This document shows positions 1 to 7,378 of a stretch of 29,929 nt of DNA, piece by piece. This DNA comes from Candidatus Odinarchaeia archaeon (GTDB taxonomy: Archaea > Asgardarchaeota > Odinarchaeia > Odinarchaeales > Odinarchaeaceae): contig JAHQXC010000006.1 of NCBI GenBank assembly GCA_029856525.1, positions 1 to 29,929 of the forward strand, given 5' to 3'. The notes below the pieces were generated by a model that saw only the letters and a program-made list of their open reading frames with translations, ran no database searches and was not told the origin of the DNA. Made by a program: the position numbers and the translations under genes. Every line of letters begins with the position of its first letter. Position 1 is the stretch's first letter.

Positions 1-71
1 GCGCGGATATTTAAGTTTTTGCCTATTCACCCCCTAACTGAAGTTAAGGGTTTTCTGGGCACCCTTTTTTT
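1..71 (-). mobile_element. Left end (LE) of an IS200/IS605-family element; body lies beyond the left window edge
   Basis: Minus strand reads TTTAT|AAAAAAAGGGTGCCCAG-AAAA-CCCTTAAC-TTCA-GTTAGGGG-GTGAA. This is an imperfect subterminal hairpin (31-50) with the AC-TTCA-GT loop seen at ISDra2-like ends. The tetranucleotide AAAA (54-51) at its 5' foot predicts a TTxT cleavage site, and TTAT (75-72) lies 17 nt upstream. A BRE/TATA-like AAAAACTTAAATA (20-8) points leftwards into the element. Confidence 0.7.
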
Positions 72-347
72 ATAAACTTTACTCGATGTAACCCTAAAAC
101 TCTGAAATTCAAAGTTTGCAAGGCACCCTAATAACAGGGGGAGTTAACGGTTTAATTTTATAAATTTCGCCTGAGAAGCCGCTGTTTTTAAGCTTGGATG
201 AATTCAGCAGCGTGAATAAGGGTAGCAGGCTCCTCGGCTATAAGCTGAAGCGTAGAGTGATTTGAACCAGCCTAAACCATCATTATACTTGCCAGCGGCT
301 CAAATGCTCGAGGAGAGATGGCGCCGCCCTCGGATGATTGTAGTTCA

Positions 348-914
348 CTAAGTTGAAACTTTATTAGTTTCATGCGATTTTTCGCTTCTTAGATAGAATC
401 CGACGTCCAGAATGTTTTTAATTACTATTACATCATCTTGAAGTGTTTTAACCTCAGCGTATGAGTAAAGTAACTCTCCTATCCCATAAGCACGGTTTTT
501 ATTATCGAGTATTACTGCATAACTGTTTTTCTCCAGCGGTTTTTCGAATTTAACAATCGATTTTTTGAAGATATCTCGACCGTATAGGAAGAGCTCTATA
601 GCTTTATCGGTGATTATAATTTTATGATCTGTGAATTCTGCAAGGATCGGTATCGCTGCAACATGAAAGAATAATTTATTATCGTATACTTCTATGAAAG
701 GGCAGCCTGCTGAATAGCATGTTTCAAATAAACATGCTACTCTACTTAGCGCTTTGTTTTCCCTATTTATTAGCGTGTAAAATGTTTTAGCGTTTATGCA
801 CTTATAGATTAGAAATACATCGGTGATTTTTTCGAAGACTCGCTCGCCTAGAGTGTCGTTCAAGAATTTTTTCAACATATTTAATTCTTTTTTAGAAGCA
901 GGGGTTAAATACAT
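348..914 (-). CDS. NIP7-like PUA-domain ribosome biogenesis protein
   Basis: C-terminal PUA-like segment AIELFLYGRDIF...VILD...AYGIG...DVGFYLR is typical of archaeal Nip7; ATG directly follows the upstream stop codon. Confidence 0.8.
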   Translation of the reverse strand: MYLTPASKKELNMLKKFLNDTLGERVFEKITDVFLIYKCINAKTFYTLINRENKALSRVACLFETCYSAGCPFIEVYDNKLFFHVAAIPILAEFTDHKIIITDKAIELFLYGRDIFKKSIVKFEKPLEKNSYAVILDNKNRAYGIGELLYSYAEVKTLQDDVIVIKNILDVGFYLRSEKSHETNKVST

Positions 915-1874
915 TTAAGATTTCTCCTTCACGAGTTTACAGATGAAAAAACCTATAGACTCATATTTGTGGGGGTATATTCGCTTAGCCTGAGCGAGGG
1001 AGGCGTCGTAAATTTTATCTTTAAATTTTGTTAAACCTGGTTCTCCTGGTATGGGGATCGACTCCACGTATACAGGATATTTGTTAATCAAATAGTCTAC
1101 GACTTCCTCATTCTCTTCTGGAGCTAGACTGCAAGTTGAGTAGACTAAAGTTCCTCCCGCTTTTAGAGCATGAAACGCGGCTTCAATTAATTGTTTCTGA
1201 TTACTGGAGCAGAAGAGTAGATCATTTATTGAACGGGATGTTTTCCGCTCCGGTTTCAATCTTATCAACCCTTCCCCTGAGCATGGAGCGTCTAAAAGTA
1301 TTTTATCTACTTTAAAATTGAGTTTAGAAAATTCTTTAGCATCCATGTTTAAAATTAAAGCATTGTATACCCCGCATCTTGCCAGATTATTTTTTAAAGC
1401 GAGGGCGCGCTGCGGGTTTATTTCAATTGAAATGATTACACTTTTGTTTTCTAAAAGCTGCGCTAGATGCGATGTTTTACCACCTGGAGCTGCGCACATA
1501 TCTAATATGACGTCTTCACTGGATGGATTTAATAACAGAGGGGGGATCATTGAAGCTGTGGTTTGAATGAAATAGTATCCTAAAAGATATTCTATTGTAG
1601 CGCCTATAGAGATCGGTGAGTTTAAAACCAGGTATCCTTCCCGACACCAATCTACAGGCTTAAGATTAAAGCCTTTATCTTCAAGTTCTTTAACCAGGGT
1701 TGCAGGGTTGATTTTAAGAGTGTTAACTCTTATCGATTTAGGCAGAGGCTTCTCGCATGCTTGTAAAAAGTCTTCAAGCTCCTTATCTAATATCTCAGCG
1801 TAGCGTTCAACCATCCACTTCGGGTAACCGTATTTTTTAGCTAGTAGACTGATTTGAAGCTTCGAGTAAACCAA
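915..1874 (-). CDS. NOL1/NOP2/Sun (RsmB/RsmF) family RNA m5C methyltransferase
   Basis: Motifs SIRVNTLK, DMCAAPGGKT, DAPCSGEG and YSTCS (both catalytic Cys present); TTG start. Confidence 0.93.
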   Translation of the reverse strand: MVYSKLQISLLAKKYGYPKWMVERYAEILDKELEDFLQACEKPLPKSIRVNTLKINPATLVKELEDKGFNLKPVDWCREGYLVLNSPISIGATIEYLLGYYFIQTTASMIPPLLLNPSSEDVILDMCAAPGGKTSHLAQLLENKSVIISIEINPQRALALKNNLARCGVYNALILNMDAKEFSKLNFKVDKILLDAPCSGEGLIRLKPERKTSRSINDLLFCSSNQKQLIEAAFHALKAGGTLVYSTCSLAPEENEEVVDYLINKYPVYVESIPIPGEPGLTKFKDKIYDASLAQAKRIYPHKYESIGFFICKLVKEKS

Positions 1875-2001
1875 TTATAATACACCTTTCATAATTTACT
1901 ATTAACGTGATTTCGAATCTAAATAATATATTTTAGAAAATTAATATTATTACATCTACGATAGCTTAAATTAGATTACACACCATATCAGCGGTGAAAT
2001 T

Positions 2002-2550
2002 ATGATTGAAGTTGAAGTTAAAGTTAAGTTAAACGACTTGAAAGAGTTTAAGAAGCGCATACTAGAGTTAGGTGCTAAGAGGTTTAAGAAGGTACTCGAA
2101 GAGGATATATATTTTAAACACCCGAGCGTGGATTTCAAAAAAACAGATGAAGCGCTTAGACTTCGCAGAGTAAATGGAAAAATTAATTTAACGTATAAAG
2201 GGCCTAAGCTGAGTTCTATTAGCAAAACTAGAGAGGAGTTGAACGTTGAAATCAGTGATTTTAATACATGTAAGCTATTATTTGAAAAATTGAAGTTTCA
2301 AATTTTAGCGCATGTGTCTAAGAGGAGAGAGGTCTACTTAATCGACGATGTTAAAATATATGTGGATGATGTTAAAGATTTAGGGGTGTTCGCCGAGTTT
2401 GAGATACTTGTCAAAGAGGAAGGGTATGTTAAAACAGCTGAGGATAAGGTTTTTAACTTAATAGAGAGGCTTGGTTTCAAGCGCTCTGATAGTATAACGC
2501 TCTCATATCTAGAGTTGATTTTAACTAAAACTAACTCTAACAGAGAGTAG
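2002..2550 (+). CDS. cyaB: CYTH domain protein (class IV adenylate cyclase / triphosphate tunnel metalloenzyme)
   Basis: N-terminal EVEVK (ExExK), EEDIYF, ALRLRR, LTYKGPK, KTREE, DDVKDLGVFAEFE and terminal SYLEL. Confidence 0.9.
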   Translation: MIEVEVKVKLNDLKEFKKRILELGAKRFKKVLEEDIYFKHPSVDFKKTDEALRLRRVNGKINLTYKGPKLSSISKTREELNVEISDFNTCKLLFEKLKFQILAHVSKRREVYLIDDVKIYVDDVKDLGVFAEFEILVKEEGYVKTAEDKVFNLIERLGFKRSDSITLSYLELILTKTNSNRE

Positions 2551-2610
2551 ACGCTTACAATTGGTGAAAAATTAATAAGACCGGTTAAATTTAATTTACC
2601 AGGCGGTTAT

Positions 2611-3102
2611 ATGAAGATCGGCGTGATCTCTGATACACACGATAATATATTAGCTGTTAGAGAGGCTGTTAAAATCTTCAACGAACACGAGGTTGCGAGA
2701 ATCCTCCACGCAGGGGATATCATAAGCCCTTTTGTAATTAAAGAGTTTAAAGCGTCTTTATCACCTATCACATTCGTTTACGGTAATAATGACGGTGAGA
2801 TATTATACTTAAAAGAGACGGTTACGGAAAACGGGTTTGAATTAGCAGGGAGATTTTACCAGGGAGTATTAGGCGACAGAAAAGTTGCAATGATACACGG
2901 TGACGTGCCGATTGTTAAATCTCTTATAAAATGTAAGATGTATGATCTAATAATATCAGGGCACACTCATAAAAGAGTTGAGGAAAGAGATGGAAATACT
3001 CTCCACGTGAACCCCGGGGAAGCATGCGGTTACCTAACAGGTGAGAGAAGCATATGTGTGATTGACCTGGATAAGATGAGCGTTGAACATATAATAATCT
3101 GA
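2611..3102 (+). CDS. Calcineurin-like metallophosphoesterase, YfcE/MJ0936 family
   Basis: Metal-binding motifs SDTHDN, HAGD, GNND, HG, GHTH and NPGE. Confidence 0.92.
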   Translation: MKIGVISDTHDNILAVREAVKIFNEHEVARILHAGDIISPFVIKEFKASLSPITFVYGNNDGEILYLKETVTENGFELAGRFYQGVLGDRKVAMIHGDVPIVKSLIKCKMYDLIISGHTHKRVEERDGNTLHVNPGEACGYLTGERSICVIDLDKMSVEHIII

Positions 3103-3198
3103 CACCGTTTACTAGTAAAGCGGGAGATCGATGAGTTCAAAGTATGGTTTATGAACGAAAAGACTTAAAACTGGATTAAAATATAAAAAATACTGAAC

Positions 3199-3304
3199 GC
3201 CGCGGTAGCTTAGACCGGGAGAGCGCTGGACTGAAGATCCAGTTGAGCTATCCAGATATCCTGGTAACCGGGAGTCGGGTGTTCAAATCACCCCCGCGGC
3301 ACCA
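3199..3304 (+). tRNA. tRNA-Phe(GAA) with a 29-nt intron in the variable loop (3245-3273, site 45/46); CCA encoded
   Basis: Acceptor stem GCCGCGG/CCGCGGC-ACCA, anticodon arm CTGGA-CT-GAA-GA-TCCAG, T arm GGGTG-TTCAAAT-CACCC. There are 34 nt between the anticodon and T arms; removing 29 leaves a normal UU|GUC loop. The exact intron boundaries are inferred. Confidence 0.92.
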
Positions 3305-3487
3305 AATAAAATTTTATTTAAAGATTCAAAGCCGCTTCTGAAGTTTTCTATTATAAAAGTGGTTAGTAGAGGACTCTTTAATAGAAAGCGTAAGCTTTTT
3401 TCTCAACTATTTATATTTGATTAAATAAATAGGGTTACTAGCGGTGAATGATAATTTAAATTTCAGAAAATTTTAGAGGATAAGAGG

Positions 3488-4045
3488 ATGAACGGTGAAT
3501 TTAAAGTAAATTTCAAGCTATGGCTTGAAAAAGATGATAAGCCGATTATAGGGGAAGGCGGGATTAAACTATTAGAGGAAATAAATAAAACAGGTAGCCT
3601 GCAAGCGGCTATAAAAAATTTAGGTATTTCATACAGGTATGCTTGGGGTTATCTTAGAAAAATGGAGAAGGCTCTAGGTGAACCTATTATAAAATCTTAT
3701 AAGGGTGGTTTTAAAGGCGGCGGTAAAACTGAAGTCACAGTTAAAGGATTAGAGATTATCAGATTATTCAACAGGTTTGAAGCTTATTTGATCAGCGCGC
3801 TTCAAAACACCACTTTATGGGAGGCTTACGGTCTCAAAACAGAGGAGATGAACAAGATGAAAGGGATTGTTGAAGAGGTTAAAATCGGCGGTGAAGTAGC
3901 GGAGTTAACTGTAAACGTAAAAGATCAGATTGAAATAGTATCTATTATAACAGCTGAGTCGATTCGCAATCTCAACTTAAATGAAAACGATGAAGTTAAA
4001 GTGGTAATTAAAGCCACGGAGGTAACACTCGATAAAGGTGAATGA
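3488..4045 (+). CDS. modE: ModE-family molybdate/tungstate-responsive regulator (winged HTH plus one TOBE domain)
   Basis: LLEEINKTGSLQAAIKNLGISYRYAWGYL...GGFKGGGKTEVT (ModE HTH) followed by a TOBE segment SIITAESIRNLNLNENDEVKVVIKATEV. Confidence 0.85.
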   Translation: MNGEFKVNFKLWLEKDDKPIIGEGGIKLLEEINKTGSLQAAIKNLGISYRYAWGYLRKMEKALGEPIIKSYKGGFKGGGKTEVTVKGLEIIRLFNRFEAYLISALQNTTLWEAYGLKTEEMNKMKGIVEEVKIGGEVAELTVNVKDQIEIVSIITAESIRNLNLNENDEVKVVIKATEVTLDKGE

Positions 4046-4046
4046 A

Positions 4047-4250
4047 ATGATAAGTGCTAGAAATAAATTTAACGGAAAAATTAAGAGTATTGATTTACAA
4101 GACCTTATAGGAAAAGTAAAGGTCCGTGTCGAACCACCTATTAAAATCACATGTGTTATTACAAGAGAGGCTATTGACGAACTTAAAATTAAAAAAGGGG
4201 ATGAGGTAACCGTTTTTGTTAAGGCTACAGAGGTAATGATTCTAAAATAA
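4047..4250 (+). CDS. Stand-alone Mop/TOBE molybdate-binding protein (molbindin-like)
   Basis: MISARNKFNGKI...CVITREAIDELKIKKGDEVTVFVKATEV. SD-like GGTGA at 4037-4041 favours ATG 4047 over GTG 4038. Confidence 0.88.
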   Translation: MISARNKFNGKIKSIDLQDLIGKVKVRVEPPIKITCVITREAIDELKIKKGDEVTVFVKATEVMILK

Positions 4251-4265
4251 CACGGCGAATTAAAG

Positions 4266-4309
4266 TTGAAGCCTCTTTACTAAAGCTCTGTAGAGTTCAC
4301 AGGCTTCAA
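4266..4309. terminator. Stem-loop between convergent genes (possible bidirectional terminator)
   Basis: Perfect 9-bp inverted repeat TTGAAGCCT (4266-4274) / AGGCTTCAA (4301-4309) enclosing two small inner palindromes. Confidence 0.35.
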
Positions 4310-4346
4310 GAGTTATAAGAAGCGTAAAATATATTTGAAATTTAAG

Positions 4347-4562
4347 TTAAAATGTTCGAAATATTTTAAAAAGCCATCGCGCTAATATCGCTACACCTAT
4401 ACTTATCCATATTAATAATATTGAAAGTAGTATTAGCTGTATCCTCCAATCAAAGGATAACACGCCTATACTGGTTAAATTGAAAATTAAAGCGAGTAAA
4501 AGCAGTATTAAAATATATATTATTGAACCCCTACTAGTCTTTAAAACCTGCTCCAAAACCAA
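4347..4562 (-). CDS. Small hypothetical membrane protein (two predicted TM helices)
   Basis: Two hydrophobic stretches; TTG start preceded by SD-like GTGAGGG; fills an otherwise empty gap. Confidence 0.65.
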   Translation of the reverse strand: MVLEQVLKTSRGSIIYILILLLLALIFNLTSIGVLSFDWRIQLILLSILLIWISIGVAILARWLFKIFRTF

Positions 4563-4651
4563 CCCTCACTTATTAAATAATTTAATATAAAATAGGATTA
4601 AATATATTATTTAACGGTTAAAGTTAAAATATTTGAGAAAACGGTGGGGTT

Positions 4652-5533
4652 ATGGTAGCAGAAATCGAGGATACTTATTGTGAAGCTTTCGACGGATTAT
4701 ATTCCCGTATGCTTATAACAGCGTCTGATAAGAAGAGGCTTTTAAGAGCCGCTATCCAGGCAACCGCCCTCCCTTTAACAGTTTTAGGTGAAGCTGAGGG
4801 TGGAGTTGAAAGAGTTATCCCCGCTTCCCAAACACCTGACGGACGGATCGGAGCGATAATTCAAATATGGGTTTTAAAAACAAAGAATAGCGCTGAAAAA
4901 CTTGAGAAGGAACTCGGTAAAAGAATAAGACAGGGAATTCTAGTAACACCGACGACGCGTCTATTCAATTTAACTAATACAGATAATTTTATAGATATGA
5001 CTAACAGTGTCGGTCATTGCGGAGACGGTTATGAAACATATATTACCGTTTACGGAAGAGAGATGATAAACATACCTATAATGATGGGTTTCGATTTTCA
5101 AATAGAGAGGAGAATAGGGTATAACACAGGTGTGATGGGTGGGAATCTCTGGTTTCTCTGCGACAGCGTGGAGGCGGGTATCAGAGTAGGTGATAGAGCG
5201 GTTAAAGCAATATCAAAGATTGAAGGAGTGGTAACGCCTTTCGACACATGCTCAGCCGGTTCAAAAGTTGGAGGAAAATACCCTGAAATAGGCCCGACTA
5301 CTAATCACCCCTACTGCCCGACTTTACGAAATGTAATCACGGATTCCAAAGTACCTGAAAATGTGAAATCGATACCTGAAATTGTAATAGATGGAGTTGA
5401 CGAGGAGTCTGTTAGAGCTGCTATGAGAGCTGCGATAAACGCTGTTAAAAATATGAAAGGGCTTATTAAAATATCAGCTGGGAATTATGACGGTAAACTA
5501 GGCCGATATAAAATATTCTTGAAGGATCTTTAA
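4652..5533 (+). CDS. ftr: Formylmethanofuran--tetrahydromethanopterin N-formyltransferase
   Basis: EIEDTYCEAF, TPDGR, GVMGGN, SAGSKVG, PTTN..YCPTL, PEIVIDG and ISAGNYDGKLG match the Ftr family. Confidence 0.9.
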   Translation: MVAEIEDTYCEAFDGLYSRMLITASDKKRLLRAAIQATALPLTVLGEAEGGVERVIPASQTPDGRIGAIIQIWVLKTKNSAEKLEKELGKRIRQGILVTPTTRLFNLTNTDNFIDMTNSVGHCGDGYETYITVYGREMINIPIMMGFDFQIERRIGYNTGVMGGNLWFLCDSVEAGIRVGDRAVKAISKIEGVVTPFDTCSAGSKVGGKYPEIGPTTNHPYCPTLRNVITDSKVPENVKSIPEIVIDGVDEESVRAAMRAAINAVKNMKGLIKISAGNYDGKLGRYKIFLKDL

Positions 5534-5702
5534 ATAATATAGTAAATGAACTTTGAGAATTGCATAAATAAGCAAATTATATTCTCCAGCCTACTTTAAA
5601 AATCGTTTTTGAGCAGCCGGCAATCTTCTGTTTTAAAACTTCATTTTTTAAAGTTAAATCAGAGAAGACGCCGCTTTAGTTGAAGTTAAACAATTCATTT
5701 AT

Positions 5703-5780
5703 TGGTGCGGCCGCCGGGATTTGAACTCGGGTAGTTGGCTTGGAAGGCCAACGTCCTAGACCAGACTAGACCACGGCCGC
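5703..5780 (-). tRNA. tRNA-Gly(TCC); CCA encoded
   Basis: GCGGCCG acceptor stem, anticodon arm TTGGC-CT-TCC-AA-GCCAA, T loop TTCAAAT, 3' ACCA. One A.C mismatch in the T stem. Confidence 0.95.
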
Positions 5781-5839
5781 TTTTTAAACATTAATATTGA
5801 ATTACAAGCTTAATTCTTAAATTTTAGTATTAATAAATT

Positions 5840-6544
5840 TTAGGTTTGCGCGCTCCCCATATTTTTAATATCGGCTAAAGCGTCTTCACATATAGAGATC
5901 AACTTACCTATTGCATTCCAAGTGTCTAAAGAATATTTAGATACACTGTAAGCTGCGTGAGATATTTTAAAGGTATCCTGTCTGTAGCTTCCATGCGGGA
6001 AGGCGCCTACTATAAACGCAATCCTCTTATCTGATCTTAAATTTTCAATTATAAGCTCTTTCGATAATAATGGTTTACCCTCCTGTAATATTATCACGGT
6101 ATCCGGTGTAATCTCTTTAACTAGCTCATATAAATTCATATTTTTCATTGAGAGCAACGGTTCACCCTTAGAATTAGATATGAGTTTTTTCTCAAACAAC
6201 TGCTCCATTAACCCTACAAACCTAGGGTAGTTGCGGGGTAATCTTACATTAGGATTAACTGTAATAACCTGATCGTTGAGAGTGTGAACATAGATTCTTA
6301 ACATGTTATCCAAATTCAACTCTGAGCCTAAAGCGTACAGTAAACAGAAGTGTATTATATCAGGGCGGCCTCTTTTATTGAAATCTTCGAGGTTTTTCAT
6401 AGCTGAATAGAGGTAAGAGGAGTCTAATAGAATTTTAGAGGGTTTCTTACTTTTTTTCTTAGCTAAAAGTTTTACTATAGGATGATCCCATATTTCACTG
6501 GGTATAGTCTCCAGAGCCGTCTCGGCAAATATTAAATAAAACAT
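5840..6544 (-). CDS. nep1: 16S rRNA pseudouridine-N1 methyltransferase Nep1/Emg1 (SPOUT)
   Basis: LLDSSY, RGRPDIIHFCLL, RLPRNYPRFVGLMEQLF and IVGAFPHG. Confidence 0.95.
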   Translation of the reverse strand: MFYLIFAETALETIPSEIWDHPIVKLLAKKKSKKPSKILLDSSYLYSAMKNLEDFNKRGRPDIIHFCLLYALGSELNLDNMLRIYVHTLNDQVITVNPNVRLPRNYPRFVGLMEQLFEKKLISNSKGEPLLSMKNMNLYELVKEITPDTVIILQEGKPLLSKELIIENLRSDKRIAFIVGAFPHGSYRQDTFKISHAAYSVSKYSLDTWNAIGKLISICEDALADIKNMGSAQT

Positions 6545-6595
6545 TTTTCAAACACCTAGTTAATAAATTACATTTTTCAGAGTTGTATATAATCT

Positions 6596-6922
6596 ATGCG
6601 ACTTAATAGATATAGGAATCGTATTAAGAACTATCTATTTAGTGAAGCGGCTAAACTGTATAATACGCTAGCGGAGTTAAAGGGGGATGAGTTGATCATA
6701 GCTAGAAGCAAGCTGAGAATGCTTAAACGTTTAGCTATGAAAACAGGTATTAGACTGCCTAGAAAATATAAGAGGCTGCTATGTAAAAAATGCGGGGAAC
6801 TTCTCATACCCGGTAGAACTGTTAGAGTTAGAGTTAAAAGTAGAAGGCAGAAGCATGTAGTGCAAACATGCTTAAACTGTGGTTATATGAGACGGTTTAT
6901 AATTAATAGAAAAAAGGATTGA
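6596..6922 (+). CDS. rnp4: Ribonuclease P protein component 4 (Rpp21)
   Basis: RLPRKYKRLLCKKCGELLIPG...CLNCGYMRRF zinc ribbon. Confidence 0.93.
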   Translation: MRLNRYRNRIKNYLFSEAAKLYNTLAELKGDELIIARSKLRMLKRLAMKTGIRLPRKYKRLLCKKCGELLIPGRTVRVRVKSRRQKHVVQTCLNCGYMRRFIINRKKD

Positions 6923-7004
6923 ATCACTAAATAGCCCGGTTCACCAATCGGTTTTAAAACTTATATTTAATATATTAATTCGCGTATTTTGTAAATTTAA
7001 TGAC

Positions 7005-7316
7005 ATGTCTGGTGGTTTAATGGATAAAAAAATAAGGGATAAAATTAAGTCGCTTAGACAGGCGCCGGTAACATTTCATATAGGTAAAATGGGACTCACT
7101 GAAAAGATGATAAAACACCTCGACGAAAGACTTAAAAAACGAGAGGTTTTAAAGGGTAGAATACTTAAATCAGTTTTTGAATCAACTTCGAAAGAAGAGT
7201 TAATATCCGATCTTAAAAATAAACTTAAATTAGAGGGATTAGAGACCCGCGGATACACTGTTATTATTTACAGAAGGCGTGGTAAAGATACTAAAACAAT
7301 TAAAAAAAACGTTTAA
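7005..7316 (+). CDS. YhbY/CRM-domain RNA-binding protein
   Basis: FHIGKMGLT...L.KREVLK...RGYTVIIYR; located in the conserved rnp4-yhbY-rps19e context. Confidence 0.85.
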   Translation: MSGGLMDKKIRDKIKSLRQAPVTFHIGKMGLTEKMIKHLDERLKKREVLKGRILKSVFESTSKEELISDLKNKLKLEGLETRGYTVIIYRRRGKDTKTIKKNV

Positions 7317-7378
7317 AAGCTATATTGCATTAATGTTAATGCTCTAAACTATCGGTGGAAGGATTCAGGTGGTGTTGA

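Noticed and set aside
10-55. Reading the left hairpin as a plus-strand LE preceded by TTTAA
   Set aside because: The guide/cleavage pairing rule and the TTCA loop orientation fit only the minus strand (AAAA with TTAT).
32-131. Three CCCTAA hexamers resembling telomeric repeats
   Set aside because: Not tandem; explained by the IS-end hairpin and its degenerate copy.
136-230. TPP riboswitch (GGGGGAG...CTGAGA)
   Set aside because: The downstream ACCC/GAACCTGATC/GCGTAGGGA elements are missing and no thiamine gene follows.
165-345. RNase P RNA, SRP RNA or box C/D sRNA
   Set aside because: No GAGGAAAGUCC or correctly spaced CR-V, and no SRP helix-8 motif. C-like (ATGATGG) and D (CTGA) boxes on the minus strand are about 85 nt apart without a proper D'/C' pair.
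3243-3276. Unspliced long variable arm (Sec/Ser/Leu-like tRNA) instead of an intron
   Set aside because: 34 nt is too long for a class II arm, and the GAA anticodon, 7-bp acceptor and A73 are those of an ordinary tRNA-Phe.
4563-4651. ModE operator upstream of ftr
   Set aside because: Only AT-rich near-palindromes (TTAAATATATTATTTAA) expected by chance; no convincing CGnTATATA-N-TATATAnCG match.
5570-5670. Protein-like open frame without a start downstream of tRNA-Gly (SGVFSDLTLKNEVLKQKIAGCSKTIFKVGWRI)
   Set aside because: No start codon, no recognisable homology and no att-like duplication of the tRNA 3' end.
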